64,000 nt of DNA from a bacterium (GTDB taxonomy: Bacteria > UBP18 > UBA7526). Positions 20,854-31,645 of this stretch are shown piece by piece. Each line of letters starts with the position of its first letter. The stretch's first letter is position 1. The notes below the pieces were generated by a model. It ran no database searches, was not told where the DNA came from, and saw only the letters and a program-made list of their open reading frames with translations. The stretch is taken from contig JAUWYL010000003.1 of the NCBI GenBank assembly GCA_030615855.1, positions 2,384-66,383 of the forward strand, given 5' to 3'. The position numbers and the translations under genes were made by a program.

Positions 20854-21396
20854 TTAAATTTTTCTGGGAAGCAAGGTAGAGACTTCAAAGGTGACATTCA
20901 GCAGTTCACGTCTAATAGACTGAGGGGTGATGTGTAGCCTCCGTACTTCTAAGGAGTGGGGTGAACTCTCTACGGAATAAAGATACCTGGTCAATTGTTC
21001 CAAGGTAACCGCCCTTAACTTGACTCTAACCAGTGACCTCCGATACCTCTCACTCACCACCCTCTCCTCTGGTTTTAGGTAGTCTATTCTCTCCTTAATC
21101 CCTGCCTGAGAGGCGAGGTCCTCTAAGTGAGAGAAAAGGGTAAAGTCGGGAGGCCTTGTGACCATTCTCTCATCAAAGGACTTCAATCTCTCCTCCAGAG
21201 TAAGATAACGGCTCTGGAGATGATACATCTCTTCCAGATCCTTCTCTAACTTTCTATTCACTCTCTCCAGAGTTCTCATTCTCTTGTGGCCAGAGGAGAG
21301 AAGTCGGAAGAAGATGAGAAGGAGGAGAAGGACTATTCCCCCGATAAGAAGAAGCCTCTCCCTTTTGGCTAACCTTATCTTGGGTAGTTTAAACAT
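20854..21396 (-). CDS. gspM: T2SS protein GspM
   Basis: LAKRERLLL + TM + coiled coil + ferredoxin-like domain; last gene of gsp operon. Confidence 0.75.
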   Translation of the reverse strand: MFKLPKIRLAKRERLLLIGGIVLLLLLIFFRLLSSGHKRMRTLERVNRKLEKDLEEMYHLQSRYLTLEERLKSFDERMVTRPPDFTLFSHLEDLASQAGIKERIDYLKPEERVVSERYRRSLVRVKLRAVTLEQLTRYLYSVESSPHSLEVRRLHITPQSIRRELLNVTFEVSTLLPRKI

Positions 21397-23396
21397 TATT
21401 CCTTCCTGTGTTTCACAGTCATTCTGAACTCCACGCTTCTCCCCCTTCTACTCAGATGGGCATCGCTCACCGCGACTTCCGTGAAATAGTCTGAGGCCTC
21501 AAGAACCCTTTTGAAGCGATCGACGAGAGAGAAGTCGGGGAGTGAAGTGCTTCCCCTTATTCTGGTCTCGTCCCAGTCAATGGAAAGGTCCTCTAAACTT
21601 ATTTCCAAATCTTGGGGAGTGAGGGAGGAGATTTCTTTCAGGATAGTCAGAGAAGAAAATTCTCTTGGTGAGAGGGCAAGGTCTTCTTCTCTCTTCTCTA
21701 AACTGCTCTTCATCTGGACTAAGGGATCGACAATATTGGTGACTTCAGGAAAGGTTTTTTTGAAGACTAAGCGAATCTCCTTTTTTAGTTTCGCGCTTCT
21801 TTTATTCTTGAGGTAGAGATGGAGATAGAAGTCCAGAAGGCCCAGGAGAAAGATGGAAAGAAGTAGGATGGTGGCTGGCTTAAGAAGGGGCCGGGCCTCC
21901 TCCAATCTCTTGATGAGGGGCTTCTCCTCCCGGATGAAATTAAGGGATGCCCTGGTCCTGGCCATTCCACGCAAGGCAATCCCCATCGCCTGGGGGAGGA
22001 GGGGTCTAGTTTTCTCTAAAGTAGAGCTATCTAGCGTACTAGAGATCTCCCTTAAGGAAGGAGTAAGAAGCTCCTTTAGGCGCAAGAAAAATGGTCTAGG
22101 GAGGGATAGCTTAAAGAAAGGATTGAAGAGAGAGGTTTCTATATTGAGGCTCTTCTGGAAGTATTCAACTATTTCGGGCAGGCGGGCACTTCCTCCAGTC
22201 AATAGGATTTTTTCTATACTCTTATCTGGGTAGAAAGCCAGGAAGGATGAGAAGGTATGCTCTATCTCTTTTATAATTTCATCCAGAACAGGCTCTATCG
22301 CCTTTAACTTCTCCTCATCGAGCTCTTCCCTCTGGGGCAGAGGCCCTTCTGGGCCGGAGGCCCTCTTTAACTTCTCCGCCTCTTTGAAGCTTACCCCAAA
22401 TCTCTCTGCCAAAACCTGGCTGACGTTATCCCCGGCCTTAGGGATACTCCGAGTGAAGAAGAGTCTCCCCTCACTTATAATATCGATTATTGTCTGGCCT
22501 GCTCCAAGATTGATAAGGGCAACGATCTCTTTATCCTCTTTCAGGGCATAGATATTGAAGAGGCTAGTACTATCAAGGTCCACAACCTCTGGCCTAAGCC
22601 CCGCCTTATCCAAAATCCTAAGGTGTTTTTCGATCACTTTCTTGTTGAAGGCAAAGGCTAAGACCAGGGTCCTGTCTGGGAGACGATCATCTACGATATA
22701 GAAATCAATAATCGCCTCTTCCAGGGGAAATGGGAGATGGGGCTCTAACTCATACCTTATTACCTGGCGGATCTTCCTTGAACCCTTAAAGGGCAGGGAG
22801 AGCCTCTTAATTACAGAAGAGGAGGCAGGAAGGGAGGAGATTACTCTTTCTTTTTCTCCTTTAACCCCGCCCATTGGTAAAGGGGCGGGGCGAGCCTGGG
22901 AGAGGAGTTCGGCTATTGTTCGGACAATTATCTCCTCCTCTGCTTCACCCTTCTCTTCCCTGGGAATCTCCTTCTCCCAGAAGTTAAGGAGTCTCACTCC
23001 CCTTCTGGTCTTCAATAACCGGGTAACTTTTATACTATTTGTCCCGATATCTAGGCCCAGGGCCTCTTTCCCTTTTAGGAATTTCTTTACCTTTACTCCT
23101 TTTATTTTCGAACGAAGTGAGAAAACAAGGTTCTTGAGTGTAGCGAAAGGCTTTCTTATTTTATGAGCAAGGCGAATAAAACAAGGTTCTGTGAAGCAGG
23201 TTCTTATTTTGGCCAGACCCTTCTTTATCAGGGGGTTTAACCTATTCCGAACGAAATGAGACATCTTCTGGAAGACGGAAAGAAGAAAGCCTTTTACACG
23301 AAGAAGAAGAGTCTTACTTTTAGTAAAAATAGTGCTCGTTAGTCTCTTCATCCTTCCCATCTTTTCTTTTAGATTGAGTTCCCGAATCTTAAACAT
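21396..23396 (-). CDS. gspL: GspL / PilM-PilN-like T2SS assembly protein with repeat insertions
   Basis: LGLDIGTNSIKV, ILLTGGSARL actin fold, then TM and PilN-like domain. Confidence 0.75.
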   Translation of the reverse strand: MFKIRELNLKEKMGRMKRLTSTIFTKSKTLLLRVKGFLLSVFQKMSHFVRNRLNPLIKKGLAKIRTCFTEPCFIRLAHKIRKPFATLKNLVFSLRSKIKGVKVKKFLKGKEALGLDIGTNSIKVTRLLKTRRGVRLLNFWEKEIPREEKGEAEEEIIVRTIAELLSQARPAPLPMGGVKGEKERVISSLPASSSVIKRLSLPFKGSRKIRQVIRYELEPHLPFPLEEAIIDFYIVDDRLPDRTLVLAFAFNKKVIEKHLRILDKAGLRPEVVDLDSTSLFNIYALKEDKEIVALINLGAGQTIIDIISEGRLFFTRSIPKAGDNVSQVLAERFGVSFKEAEKLKRASGPEGPLPQREELDEEKLKAIEPVLDEIIKEIEHTFSSFLAFYPDKSIEKILLTGGSARLPEIVEYFQKSLNIETSLFNPFFKLSLPRPFFLRLKELLTPSLREISSTLDSSTLEKTRPLLPQAMGIALRGMARTRASLNFIREEKPLIKRLEEARPLLKPATILLLSIFLLGLLDFYLHLYLKNKRSAKLKKEIRLVFKKTFPEVTNIVDPLVQMKSSLEKREEDLALSPREFSSLTILKEISSLTPQDLEISLEDLSIDWDETRIRGSTSLPDFSLVDRFKRVLEASDYFTEVAVSDAHLSRRGRSVEFRMTVKHRKE

Positions 23397-23531
23397 CGTG
23401 TCCCTTTGTCACTCGGTTAGGGTTAAGGTTAGGTTGTTAGTTTGGTCGTTGGGTTAGGTTGTTAGTCTTTTTAAACACCTAACCCTCACCAAACTACCAT
23501 ACCCACTACTTTACCCTAACCCAACTACTAA

Positions 23532-26360
23532 TCACTTCAGTATTTCCTTCGCGGCCCAAACCACGGGTTTGAAATAGAACCTTACCATCTTCTTCAAGGC
23601 TTCTTTGTTCCTTATAAAGTTAGCAACTGGTGGGCTAATTCTGTTATAGAAGGAAATGAAGGCTCTGCCTGCTCTATTGGGCAAAAGATATCTATCCCTG
23701 AATTCACAGAGAATTTTCTCTTCCTCTGCCATCGGTGTTCCATAGGCGGCAGTAGCGATGAGGCAGCCGCCTCCGCCACCTCCTCCGCCTCCGCCTCCGG
23801 CAGGGGCGGCGATGGTGGTGAATTGATAGTAGGAACCACCATTATTATCTGTGGTCTGGTTCTCAACTGTGTCGCTTGAGGTAACCTGATAGTAGTATAG
23901 GGTCGAGGAACTTAAATTAGAGAGGGTAACGGAGTGAGAAGTGGTCTGGGTGGGATCCTGAGTAGTGGAACCAGGGGGAGTGGTAGTTCCATGCTTCACG
24001 ATACTATCACTCGCTTCATCTGTGGTCCAGGTGATGGTGCAGGTAGTGGAACCAGGAGAGGCGCTGACATTAGTTATTACGGGGTCCTGAGCATCTATGG
24101 TAGCGGTGTCGGTTCTCTCTCCAGGAGGGCTGGCATCAGTATAGGTAGCGGTTATGGTATCTCCGTGGGCTACCTGTAATTCTCCGGTACCCGGAGCCTC
24201 CGTAGTCAGGGTTACTGAGCCTTTGAAGCAATTTGTAGTCCCTCCCGTCTCTTCTAGGATTATGGTCTCCGAATCACCAGTAAGAAAACTGGTCATAACT
24301 ACTTCATCAGTGGTAAAACCAATGTCTGGGGTAGTATCTAAATTAGAATCCCAGAGGGTGATGTTTACTTTGGCAGAACCATTATAAACCCCGGCATCTA
24401 AATTGATTAAACCAGTAGGAACAGGTATATGGAAAGGGGTCTCGGGGTCACCGAAGAGGTTGAGAGCAAAGTAGCACCACCTTATCGCTCCTGTGCTGTC
24501 TACAGATCCATCGTTATCTTCTTTTGAATCTTGGTTAATCCTGCCCAGATTGGTTATTCCCTCATCGAATAAAGCATCCCAGAACTGGCGGTCGAACCTC
24601 TGAGAGGCTCCATTGGTGCTTCCCTGGACATACCAGCCATACCTTGAATTCCCCACAAAGGCGAAGGCACCATTGGCTTCGGTGGTGAAGTGTTCCAGGA
24701 TAGAGTCATAATTATAATAATAACTACTGCTGGTACTACGATTGTCGAAGGCTCCGCAGTAACAGCCCTGGGTATAGCCAAAGAAGTAATCGGTATTGGT
24801 CAAGGCATCGACATCCGCGTTGTACATCTTCATATCATAGTTTACATTAGCATGGCCCAGATGGTTTATAACGTGAAGGCCATTATTGATATATCCGGTG
24901 AGGGTGCTCTTCGACCAAAAAGCATCGTAATCATAGAGGGTATTGAGATCGCTGAAGAAGGAACAGTCAGTGAAGCCTTTGGTGGTATAGTAATTAATGG
25001 AGCCAGTTCGAACCTCTTCTTTATAATCCCTTCCCCAGGTTGGGTAACTATCCAGTTTTTCAGCGACCATATAAGCGGTGTGGAGATAATCAGTAGTAGC
25101 ATCCTCATAGGCCAAGGTCTTCTTGACGAAGTTGGAGAGTTCTGTAGTAGAATCAACGGGCGCTCTTCCCACATAGACCTCAGCGTAGAGGTCGATTTCT
25201 CCCCCGTCTACGCCATCGTTCGATTCCCCATATATTCCATCAGCATCGTTGTCAAACGTTCCATCGAGACAGGCATAGTACATATCGGCCGGAATATCGT
25301 TGTCTGCTGGTGTAGGAGGAGAACTTGACACATAGCCATAGAATCCACGATGGGGAATGATGGGTTCTGCCTCCCTCTCGCCATCGGCACTGCCACCTCC
25401 GTCACCGTCCCCAACCAAGAGGATATAATCGGTAGCCCAACCACCTTCAACCACAGGTTTATTGGCATCGAAGATGAAGTTTCGAATCTTGGTCTGATTG
25501 TCCGTTCCTCCATCAGGACGGGTTCCGCTATAGTTGGCATATATCCATTCTGTGGTTACGATATTGGTAGTGATTCCGCGATTGTTCTTACTCTGAGTTA
25601 AATCCTGGAGATCATAGGTTCCGGAGTAGTTCTTGAAAGTATCATTGGTAATGATGACATAATCGTAGGGACCTCCTGACAAGAGAGGGCCACCGTCTAA
25701 GGCGGTCTTAATGGCCCGGGAGTAGCTCTTTGTATCTTGAGGATTATTTACTATCTTCCCGATTACTCTTTCATCCTTGGCTAAACCACGGTATAAGGGA
25801 GGAGCAGTTATTTCGCGGACGGGAATAGTCTCTACCTCAATGGTCATATTTTTATAATAGGAGAGCCTTTTCTCTTGAGGGATATATTCCATAGGATGGA
25901 GGTTGACGGGTAGGATGCGATAACCCCTCTTATTCTGTACGGACTTTGGAGTGTGGAGTTTGCCCGGGAAAGGATTCCTGGATTGATATATTCTCTTATC
26001 CGGTAGAGTCTTAGATACTTTCCCTCTATAACTCAAGGGCACCGGCCTCTGTCCCGGTTCGACGTTATAGGTGCCGGAGAGTTCTATCTTCTGTGCAGGA
26101 ATAATATTTATTCCCTTGACCTTTTGGCCAAAGGGGATGAGGACTTTAACTGTCTTTATGGGAAGGACGGGCTCTCCAGGCTCGCCTATAGTGGATGAGC
26201 CCTTCATACTTATCCTGTGGTATTCACCAACCCTGTTAATCTGGGGAGAGGGGAAGGTTATTTCTATTCTGATGGAATTATTCCTTGCCTGCAAATAATA
26301 AGTTCCACTACTTAGAAGTAGCAGACTGATAATTATTACTAGGATGTTAACTATTTTCAC
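23532..26360 (-). CDS. Secreted C25 (gingipain-like) cysteine peptidase with Fn3 and CFI-box-CTERM
   Basis: Propeptide GEPVLP, YVGRAPV, NHLGH and QGCY dyad, LFGDP; poly-G then GCLIATAAYG..FRD..L..FY..SPP. Confidence 0.85.
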   Translation of the reverse strand: MKIVNILVIIISLLLLSSGTYYLQARNNSIRIEITFPSPQINRVGEYHRISMKGSSTIGEPGEPVLPIKTVKVLIPFGQKVKGINIIPAQKIELSGTYNVEPGQRPVPLSYRGKVSKTLPDKRIYQSRNPFPGKLHTPKSVQNKRGYRILPVNLHPMEYIPQEKRLSYYKNMTIEVETIPVREITAPPLYRGLAKDERVIGKIVNNPQDTKSYSRAIKTALDGGPLLSGGPYDYVIITNDTFKNYSGTYDLQDLTQSKNNRGITTNIVTTEWIYANYSGTRPDGGTDNQTKIRNFIFDANKPVVEGGWATDYILLVGDGDGGGSADGEREAEPIIPHRGFYGYVSSSPPTPADNDIPADMYYACLDGTFDNDADGIYGESNDGVDGGEIDLYAEVYVGRAPVDSTTELSNFVKKTLAYEDATTDYLHTAYMVAEKLDSYPTWGRDYKEEVRTGSINYYTTKGFTDCSFFSDLNTLYDYDAFWSKSTLTGYINNGLHVINHLGHANVNYDMKMYNADVDALTNTDYFFGYTQGCYCGAFDNRSTSSSYYYNYDSILEHFTTEANGAFAFVGNSRYGWYVQGSTNGASQRFDRQFWDALFDEGITNLGRINQDSKEDNDGSVDSTGAIRWCYFALNLFGDPETPFHIPVPTGLINLDAGVYNGSAKVNITLWDSNLDTTPDIGFTTDEVVMTSFLTGDSETIILEETGGTTNCFKGSVTLTTEAPGTGELQVAHGDTITATYTDASPPGERTDTATIDAQDPVITNVSASPGSTTCTITWTTDEASDSIVKHGTTTPPGSTTQDPTQTTSHSVTLSNLSSSTLYYYQVTSSDTVENQTTDNNGGSYYQFTTIAAPAGGGGGGGGGGGCLIATAAYGTPMAEEEKILCEFRDRYLLPNRAGRAFISFYNRISPPVANFIRNKEALKKMVRFYFKPVVWAAKEILK

Positions 26361-26364
26361 CTTG

Positions 26365-27033
26365 TTACTTCTCCTTTACTGGATAGGTCGCGATGGCCTG
26401 TGGGTTTTCCACCATCTTCTTAATCCTTTCTCTATCCTCTGGTTTTCCTCTAAATAACGTCGGCTTTGAAGCAGAAATTGTGGTTACCTCTATCTTTATG
26501 CTCTCATAATAAGAAAGTTCTCTTTTTCCCGGAATATATTTTACAGGATGAAGATTGAGAAGAAGTATTTTATATCCTCTCATACTCTGGATTGACTTAT
26601 TAGAATATAACCTGCCCGGAAAGGGATGATTAGAACTATAGATTTTATCTTTGAGAAAAGGAAGGGGCACTTTCCCTCGATATCTTAAGGGAACTGGTCT
26701 TTGACCGGGTTCTACCAGATATTTTCCCTTTAAAATCCTTTCCTTTTTAGAAGATACCTTTATTCTCTTCACTTCCTGGCCAAAGGGAATTAGTATCTTG
26801 ATCGTCTTTACTGGTAATACTGGTTCTCCCGGCTGGCCAAGACTGGGCATCCCTTTTATAGTCACCCGGTGATATTCCCTGACCTCAGTAATCGTGGGGG
26901 AGGGGAAGTCTATCTCGATTCTAATACCATGGTTTCTGATTAATAAAGAATGAAGACCACTTCCCAGAAATATTATACTGACCATGGCTACTATACCGAT
27001 TTTCCTCATCTCAAACTCCCCCCTTTCCCTCAC
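26365..27033 (-). CDS. Stand-alone C25 propeptide-like protein
   Basis: Paralogous to the N-terminal ~215 aa of the downstream peptidase (GEPVLP, VEPGQRPVPL, LHP). Confidence 0.75.
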   Translation of the reverse strand: MRERGEFEMRKIGIVAMVSIIFLGSGLHSLLIRNHGIRIEIDFPSPTITEVREYHRVTIKGMPSLGQPGEPVLPVKTIKILIPFGQEVKRIKVSSKKERILKGKYLVEPGQRPVPLRYRGKVPLPFLKDKIYSSNHPFPGRLYSNKSIQSMRGYKILLLNLHPVKYIPGKRELSYYESIKIEVTTISASKPTLFRGKPEDRERIKKMVENPQAIATYPVKEK

Positions 27034-27038
27034 TCATG

Positions 27039-28040
27039 TTACATTACTCTCCAGTATTTTATCTCTAAACTTTTGCCTTGCCTCTCTAAGATGGTCTTTA
27101 TTCTCTTCCTCGTCTCTCCCAAGGCCCCTTGAGAAAAGATAGAGAAGGAGTTGCTCTTCACAGTAATGAGAGGGCTAATCTTATTATAGAGTCTATCAAC
27201 TATTCCGAAGACTTCCTTTAGGTCTGTAATCTTCTCAAAAGGGCGATCCTCCCGATATTTTACAATCTCTTGGGCCAAACCCTCATCAATATCAGAATGG
27301 AGGGCCTGAAGAACAATGGAAGGGGCGGTATTGATATTCACCTTACCATCCCCATAGACCGTAAGATAGGAATCCAGGGAGCCTCTTTCCTTTTCTTTTC
27401 CATAGAAGACTTCGTCATTGAAATCTTTTAGGAGGAAGAGTTCATCTATTGTGTTCAGAGGGCCGTTCTTACAAGGGTAGGGGTTTTCCAGATTAGAGTA
27501 ATAATCATCCTCTGTCCCAAAATCCCTCACTTCATCATCCTCATCAAGCCAGTCGCAGATTATATCGACAAGCTCCTTATCGATCTCAAGGACCTCAAAT
27601 AGCCTCTCTAACATTACCTTCTTTTTCTTATCAACCTTACCTTCCTTACCCAAAAGGGAGTTGATATTTATCTTACCACACTCATCTATAATGTGAAAAG
27701 TTATCGCTCCTTCCTCCATAGCAACCGGTGGCTTGGCTAAAGCCCAATCCTCATCCAAGGAGTCACAACTTAAGTCATCATCATCCCTTAAGAGGAGATA
27801 GGCAAAGTTAATCCCAGAATTCGCCAGATAATAAGATTTGAGGCTATCCCGATAATTTCCCGAGATCTCTGCCTCCACTCTCATGAGATAGTTAAACTCC
27901 AAGACCAAAACCGCTAAGATTGTAATAACCACCAGGGTGAGAACTAAGGCCATCCCTCTTTGAGAATTAATCGGTGAATCGGGGAATCGGTGAATCGGTG
28001 ATTTTCCCCGTTTCTCCCTTTCTCCCTGTCTCCGTTTCAT
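27039..28040 (-). CDS. gspK: T2SS minor pseudopilin GspK
   Basis: RGMALVLTL, DECGKININ, VNINTAP. Confidence 0.9.
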   Translation of the reverse strand: MKRRQGEREKRGKSPIHRFPDSPINSQRGMALVLTLVVITILAVLVLEFNYLMRVEAEISGNYRDSLKSYYLANSGINFAYLLLRDDDDLSCDSLDEDWALAKPPVAMEEGAITFHIIDECGKININSLLGKEGKVDKKKKVMLERLFEVLEIDKELVDIICDWLDEDDEVRDFGTEDDYYSNLENPYPCKNGPLNTIDELFLLKDFNDEVFYGKEKERGSLDSYLTVYGDGKVNINTAPSIVLQALHSDIDEGLAQEIVKYREDRPFEKITDLKEVFGIVDRLYNKISPLITVKSNSFSIFSQGALGETRKRIKTILERQGKSLEIKYWRVM

Positions 28041-28054
28041 AACCCACTCTCACT

Positions 28055-28714
28055 TCATTCTTTTACTGTCTCACTCTTTCCTAAGGGGATAAAAGCCACA
28101 GTGGAAAGCTCCTTTTCTGAGAATTTCAAGGTAACCTTAACCGCCTGGGGCAGGCAGGATTCTTCTTTGCTATCCCACTCATCACGCCATTCTTCCCCAT
28201 CATAATACTTAAACTCCAAACCCTCTAAGCCTTCTATTAGATTCTCTTTCTCTCCTCCCTCAAGAACATCATCATCCGGCGTTCCATCCTCCCTGCGCCA
28301 TAGAGAAAGGTTCTTCCCCTCTTCCTCCGGTTCTGTGAAGTAGCCGATCTCTACCAGATCATACTCCTTGCTATCTTTAAATATTCGCTCATGAGAAGAG
28401 GAGATAAAGTCTATCTTTCCTTCCTCTCCGGCAAACATCACATCCTCACTATCTTCTGAAAAGAAAGAAGAGGTAATTTCATCATTCATCCTGCTTAAGG
28501 TGAGTCTTACCATAGAGAAGGCATCCATCTTTTTCCGGGTATAATTCATAGTATCGATGCTTGAGGCATAGGAAGCGTAGATAATGGTGAGGATGAGGCT
28601 AACGATGGCCACGGCAATTAATATCTCAACCAAAGTGAAACCATTGCGGGTGAGCCGGTGAGAAAGTGAGAAAGTGAGCTTTTTACTCATTTTTACACAC
28701 CTGCCTACTTTCAC
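28055..28714 (-). CDS. gspJ: T2SS pseudopilin GspJ
   Basis: NGFTLVEILIA, W..EWDS..LPQAVKV. Confidence 0.85.
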   Translation of the reverse strand: MKVGRCVKMSKKLTFSLSHRLTRNGFTLVEILIAVAIVSLILTIIYASYASSIDTMNYTRKKMDAFSMVRLTLSRMNDEITSSFFSEDSEDVMFAGEEGKIDFISSSHERIFKDSKEYDLVEIGYFTEPEEEGKNLSLWRREDGTPDDDVLEGGEKENLIEGLEGLEFKYYDGEEWRDEWDSKEESCLPQAVKVTLKFSEKELSTVAFIPLGKSETVKE

Positions 28715-28734
28715 ACCTGCCTGCTTTCTCCATT

Positions 28735-29097
28735 TTATTCACGTTTGGCAAGATAAGTAACTACTTCAAGGTTCTTCTCATCCCAGGAGATGGTCAAGGT
28801 CACCTTCCTCAAATCTTCCATAGGAGTCTCGGCCACTCTTTCTCTCCAAGTAAAACCAGGGTACTCCTCTCCAAAGTCCCCTTCTTCTCCTCCTACCTCA
28901 GGGAATCCCTCTAATTCTATCTCAGCCATCTTTCCCTGAGCAAGCAAGGTAGCTAAGGAAAAGTCCTGGGACTCGTTAGCCATACTTATTCCCAGACCAT
29001 AGGAATGGAGGATAACTACTAAAGCAATAGCGATAATGGCTATCGCGATCATCACCTCAATCAGGGTGAAGCCTTTCTTCTTCCACATATCCTTCAT
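28735..29097 (-). CDS. gspI: T2SS pseudopilin GspI
   Basis: KGFTLIEVMIAIAI, operon position. Confidence 0.85.
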   Translation of the reverse strand: MKDMWKKKGFTLIEVMIAIAIIAIALVVILHSYGLGISMANESQDFSLATLLAQGKMAEIELEGFPEVGGEEGDFGEEYPGFTWRERVAETPMEDLRKVTLTISWDEKNLEVVTYLAKRE

Positions 29098-29575
29098 AGA
29101 CCATAACCTGGCCCATGGTCCCCTTGACTAATAGGGTCTGGACCTCTTCCTTTTCATTCTGAAGATGGATGATGGATTTGGTAACATAGCCTTTGGGAAA
29201 AAAGAGGGTAAAGGCCTGACCATTATTTATCTTTCCCTCTGGAGTGACGACATCCAGGAATTTGATCCCTTCCGGAAGGGCCTCCCTCCTTCCCAAGACG
29301 GTCTTCAACTCCTCGAACTCTCCCTCCTCATTCTCCTCTTCTATCCAGTACTCATTCTCATCTAAGTTATAACAGAGACGCAAGCGTTTTCCTGTAGTTG
29401 CTGAGCGATCGTGAAGATAGCGGATAGTCCCTATCAGTCGCCGGCTTGTGCTCTTCAGATAACCTCCGGATAAGAAAGCCTCCATCCTGGGAAAGGCAAT
29501 GACCAAAACAGCACTCAAAACAATGAGAACGATGATTAACTCTATTAAAGTGAAGCCACAAGCTCCAAGCCTCAA
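29057..29575 (-). CDS. gspH: T2SS pseudopilin GspH (start uncertain; TTG 29575 or ATG 29677)
   Basis: GFTLIELIIVL prepilin motif, F.PKG; leader made of heptamer repeats. Confidence 0.8.
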   Translation of the reverse strand: MRLGACGFTLIELIIVLIVLSAVLVIAFPRMEAFLSGGYLKSTSRRLIGTIRYLHDRSATTGKRLRLCYNLDENEYWIEEENEEGEFEELKTVLGRREALPEGIKFLDVVTPEGKINNGQAFTLFFPKGYVTKSIIHLQNEKEEVQTLLVKGTMGQVMVYEGYVEEERLHPD

Positions 29576-29639
29576 GCCACAAGCTTCTTTGTAGCCTGGA
29601 GCCTGGAGCCTGTAACCTGTAGCCTGTAGCCTGTAGCCT

Positions 29640-30080
29640 TTACTTCTCCAGTGCCCAGCTCTGGATATCGGCATCATTCCCTTCCCCGCCTTCGGCTCCA
29701 TCTGCACCATAGGAGACAATATCATACTCCTTATTGTGCACCCCAGGTGAGATATAGACATAGGGGTTCCCCCAGGGATCGAAGGGAATCTCTTTGGCCT
29801 CTAAGTAGCCCCCCTCCTTCCAGTTCTTCGTCTCTCTTCCTGTAGTGGGCTTCTCAACCAGGGCCTTCAAGCTCTGCTCTGTTGAAGGATAGAAACCATT
29901 ATCTAACTTAAAGAGCTTCAGAGCTCCCTCAAAGTTCTTGATCTGAATGATGGTTGCCGTCCTCTTTGCCTGCTCCTCCCGGCCCATGAATTTAGGCACT
30001 ACAATGGTGGCCAGGATAGCCAGGATGACGATGACGATCATCAATTCAATCAGAGTAAAACCTCTTTCATTTTTTCTCAT
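29640..30080 (-). CDS. gspG: T2SS major pseudopilin GspG
   Basis: RGFTLIELMIV, YPSTEQSL, DPWGNPY, SYGADG. Confidence 0.95.
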   Translation of the reverse strand: MRKNERGFTLIELMIVIVILAILATIVVPKFMGREEQAKRTATIIQIKNFEGALKLFKLDNGFYPSTEQSLKALVEKPTTGRETKNWKEGGYLEAKEIPFDPWGNPYVYISPGVHNKEYDIVSYGADGAEGGEGNDADIQSWALEK

Positions 30081-30229
30081 AAGAACCCTCCTATAATTAA
30101 TTTGTTAGTTTGCTGGTTATTTGATACCTTATCAACTTATTAACTTATTAACTTATTAACTTGTTAACTAACCAATTATCCAACTATTTTACTAATCTAC
30201 CTAATTTACTTAGCCGACTTTGTCGGCTA

Positions 30230-31441
30230 TTAGCGGATGGCTTGGCTCATTTCAAAGATAGGTAATAGAATGGCTAAGACGATAAATCCCACCACAAGTC
30301 CCATTAAGAGTATAAGAATGGGTTCCAAGAGAGCAGTCAGGGTACCAACCGTGGCCTCCACCTCGCTATCATAGGTATCCGCTGCCTTATAGAGTAAATC
30401 CTCTAAGTTCCCGCTCTTCTCTCCAGAGGCGATCATTCTGACCACGATGGGAGGGAAGACCTTATTCCTGGATAAGGGAGCAGCCAGGCTCTCCCCCCTC
30501 CTCACGCTCTCCCCCGCCTCTCCAATGGCTTCTGAGAGAACCCGATTGCCCACGATATTCTTGACAATCTCTAAGGAACTCAAGAGGGGAACCCCGCCAG
30601 CCAGAAGGGTAGCTAAGGTGCGTGAGAACCTGGCCAGGGCGATCCCCTGGTTCAGAGGTCCAAAGAGAGGAACTCTTAGCCTCAGTCGATCGAAGATTTT
30701 CCCTCCTCCTTCTGTTTTGATATATCTCTTCATCCCAAAGATAAAGACAATGACTATTAGTAAGAGAAGCCACCAGTAGCCTTTGAAGAAGTCGCCTAAT
30801 TTAATCAGGATGATGGTGGGGAGGGGAAGAGAGGCCTGAAAAGTGGTAAATAGGCTAGTCACCCGAGGAATGACGAAGGTAAAGAGAAAGGATAGAACCA
30901 GGATGCCGATGGCCACAATGAAGAGGGGGTAGGCTAAAGCAGCCCTTATTCTATTCTCTAAGCGTAGGTGCTTCTCATTATAATCTGCCAAGCGTTCCAG
31001 AACAAGTTCTAATGCTCCGGCACTTTCACCGGCTCTAATCATACTGACATAGAGGCCAGAAAAGACCTTAGGATATTGGCTAAGGGCACTAGAGAGGGTG
31101 GAACCTGACTTTACCCTTTCGCGAACATCAACCAGGGCCTTCTTCAAAGTCTGATTCTCTAACTGCTCGCTCACCCCAGAGAGGGCCTCAGTGAGGGGAA
31201 GGCCGGCACTCAATAAAGTGGCCAGCTGCCGAGTAAGAATGGCTAAATCTCTTATCCTTACCCTCTTAAATATCCTTATCTCTCGTGAGGGAATAAGGGA
31301 GGGAAGAGATTCCTTTAAGGAGGTGAGATGTAAACCTTCTTGATGGAGCTTAGCCCGGGCTTCGGCAGGACTATCGGCATCGATGATTCCCCTCTTCCTC
31401 TTTCCCGACTTATCAAGGGCCTGATACTCAAAGACTGCCAT
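30230..31441 (-). CDS. gspF: T2SS inner-membrane protein GspF
   Basis: TRQLATLLSAGLP, AGESAGAL, EPILIL. Confidence 0.95.
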   Translation of the reverse strand: MAVFEYQALDKSGKRKRGIIDADSPAEARAKLHQEGLHLTSLKESLPSLIPSREIRIFKRVRIRDLAILTRQLATLLSAGLPLTEALSGVSEQLENQTLKKALVDVRERVKSGSTLSSALSQYPKVFSGLYVSMIRAGESAGALELVLERLADYNEKHLRLENRIRAALAYPLFIVAIGILVLSFLFTFVIPRVTSLFTTFQASLPLPTIILIKLGDFFKGYWWLLLLIVIVFIFGMKRYIKTEGGGKIFDRLRLRVPLFGPLNQGIALARFSRTLATLLAGGVPLLSSLEIVKNIVGNRVLSEAIGEAGESVRRGESLAAPLSRNKVFPPIVVRMIASGEKSGNLEDLLYKAADTYDSEVEATVGTLTALLEPILILLMGLVVGFIVLAILLPIFEMSQAIR

Positions 31442-31645
31442 CTCTCCCTCGCTGTCGCTCGGAGTAAGATAGTATCAAAGTAGGAAAGTAATGGTTGGGA
31501 ATGGGTAGTAAGTAGTGAGTCGGGTAGTGAGTAGTGCGGGTGGGGTAAAGAGACCTCACAACTCACCCCCACAACTCGACTCACAACCCATAACTCACCC
31601 TCATCCTTTGCTGTTACTCTTCTTCTCTTCTTCTTTCCTACTCTC

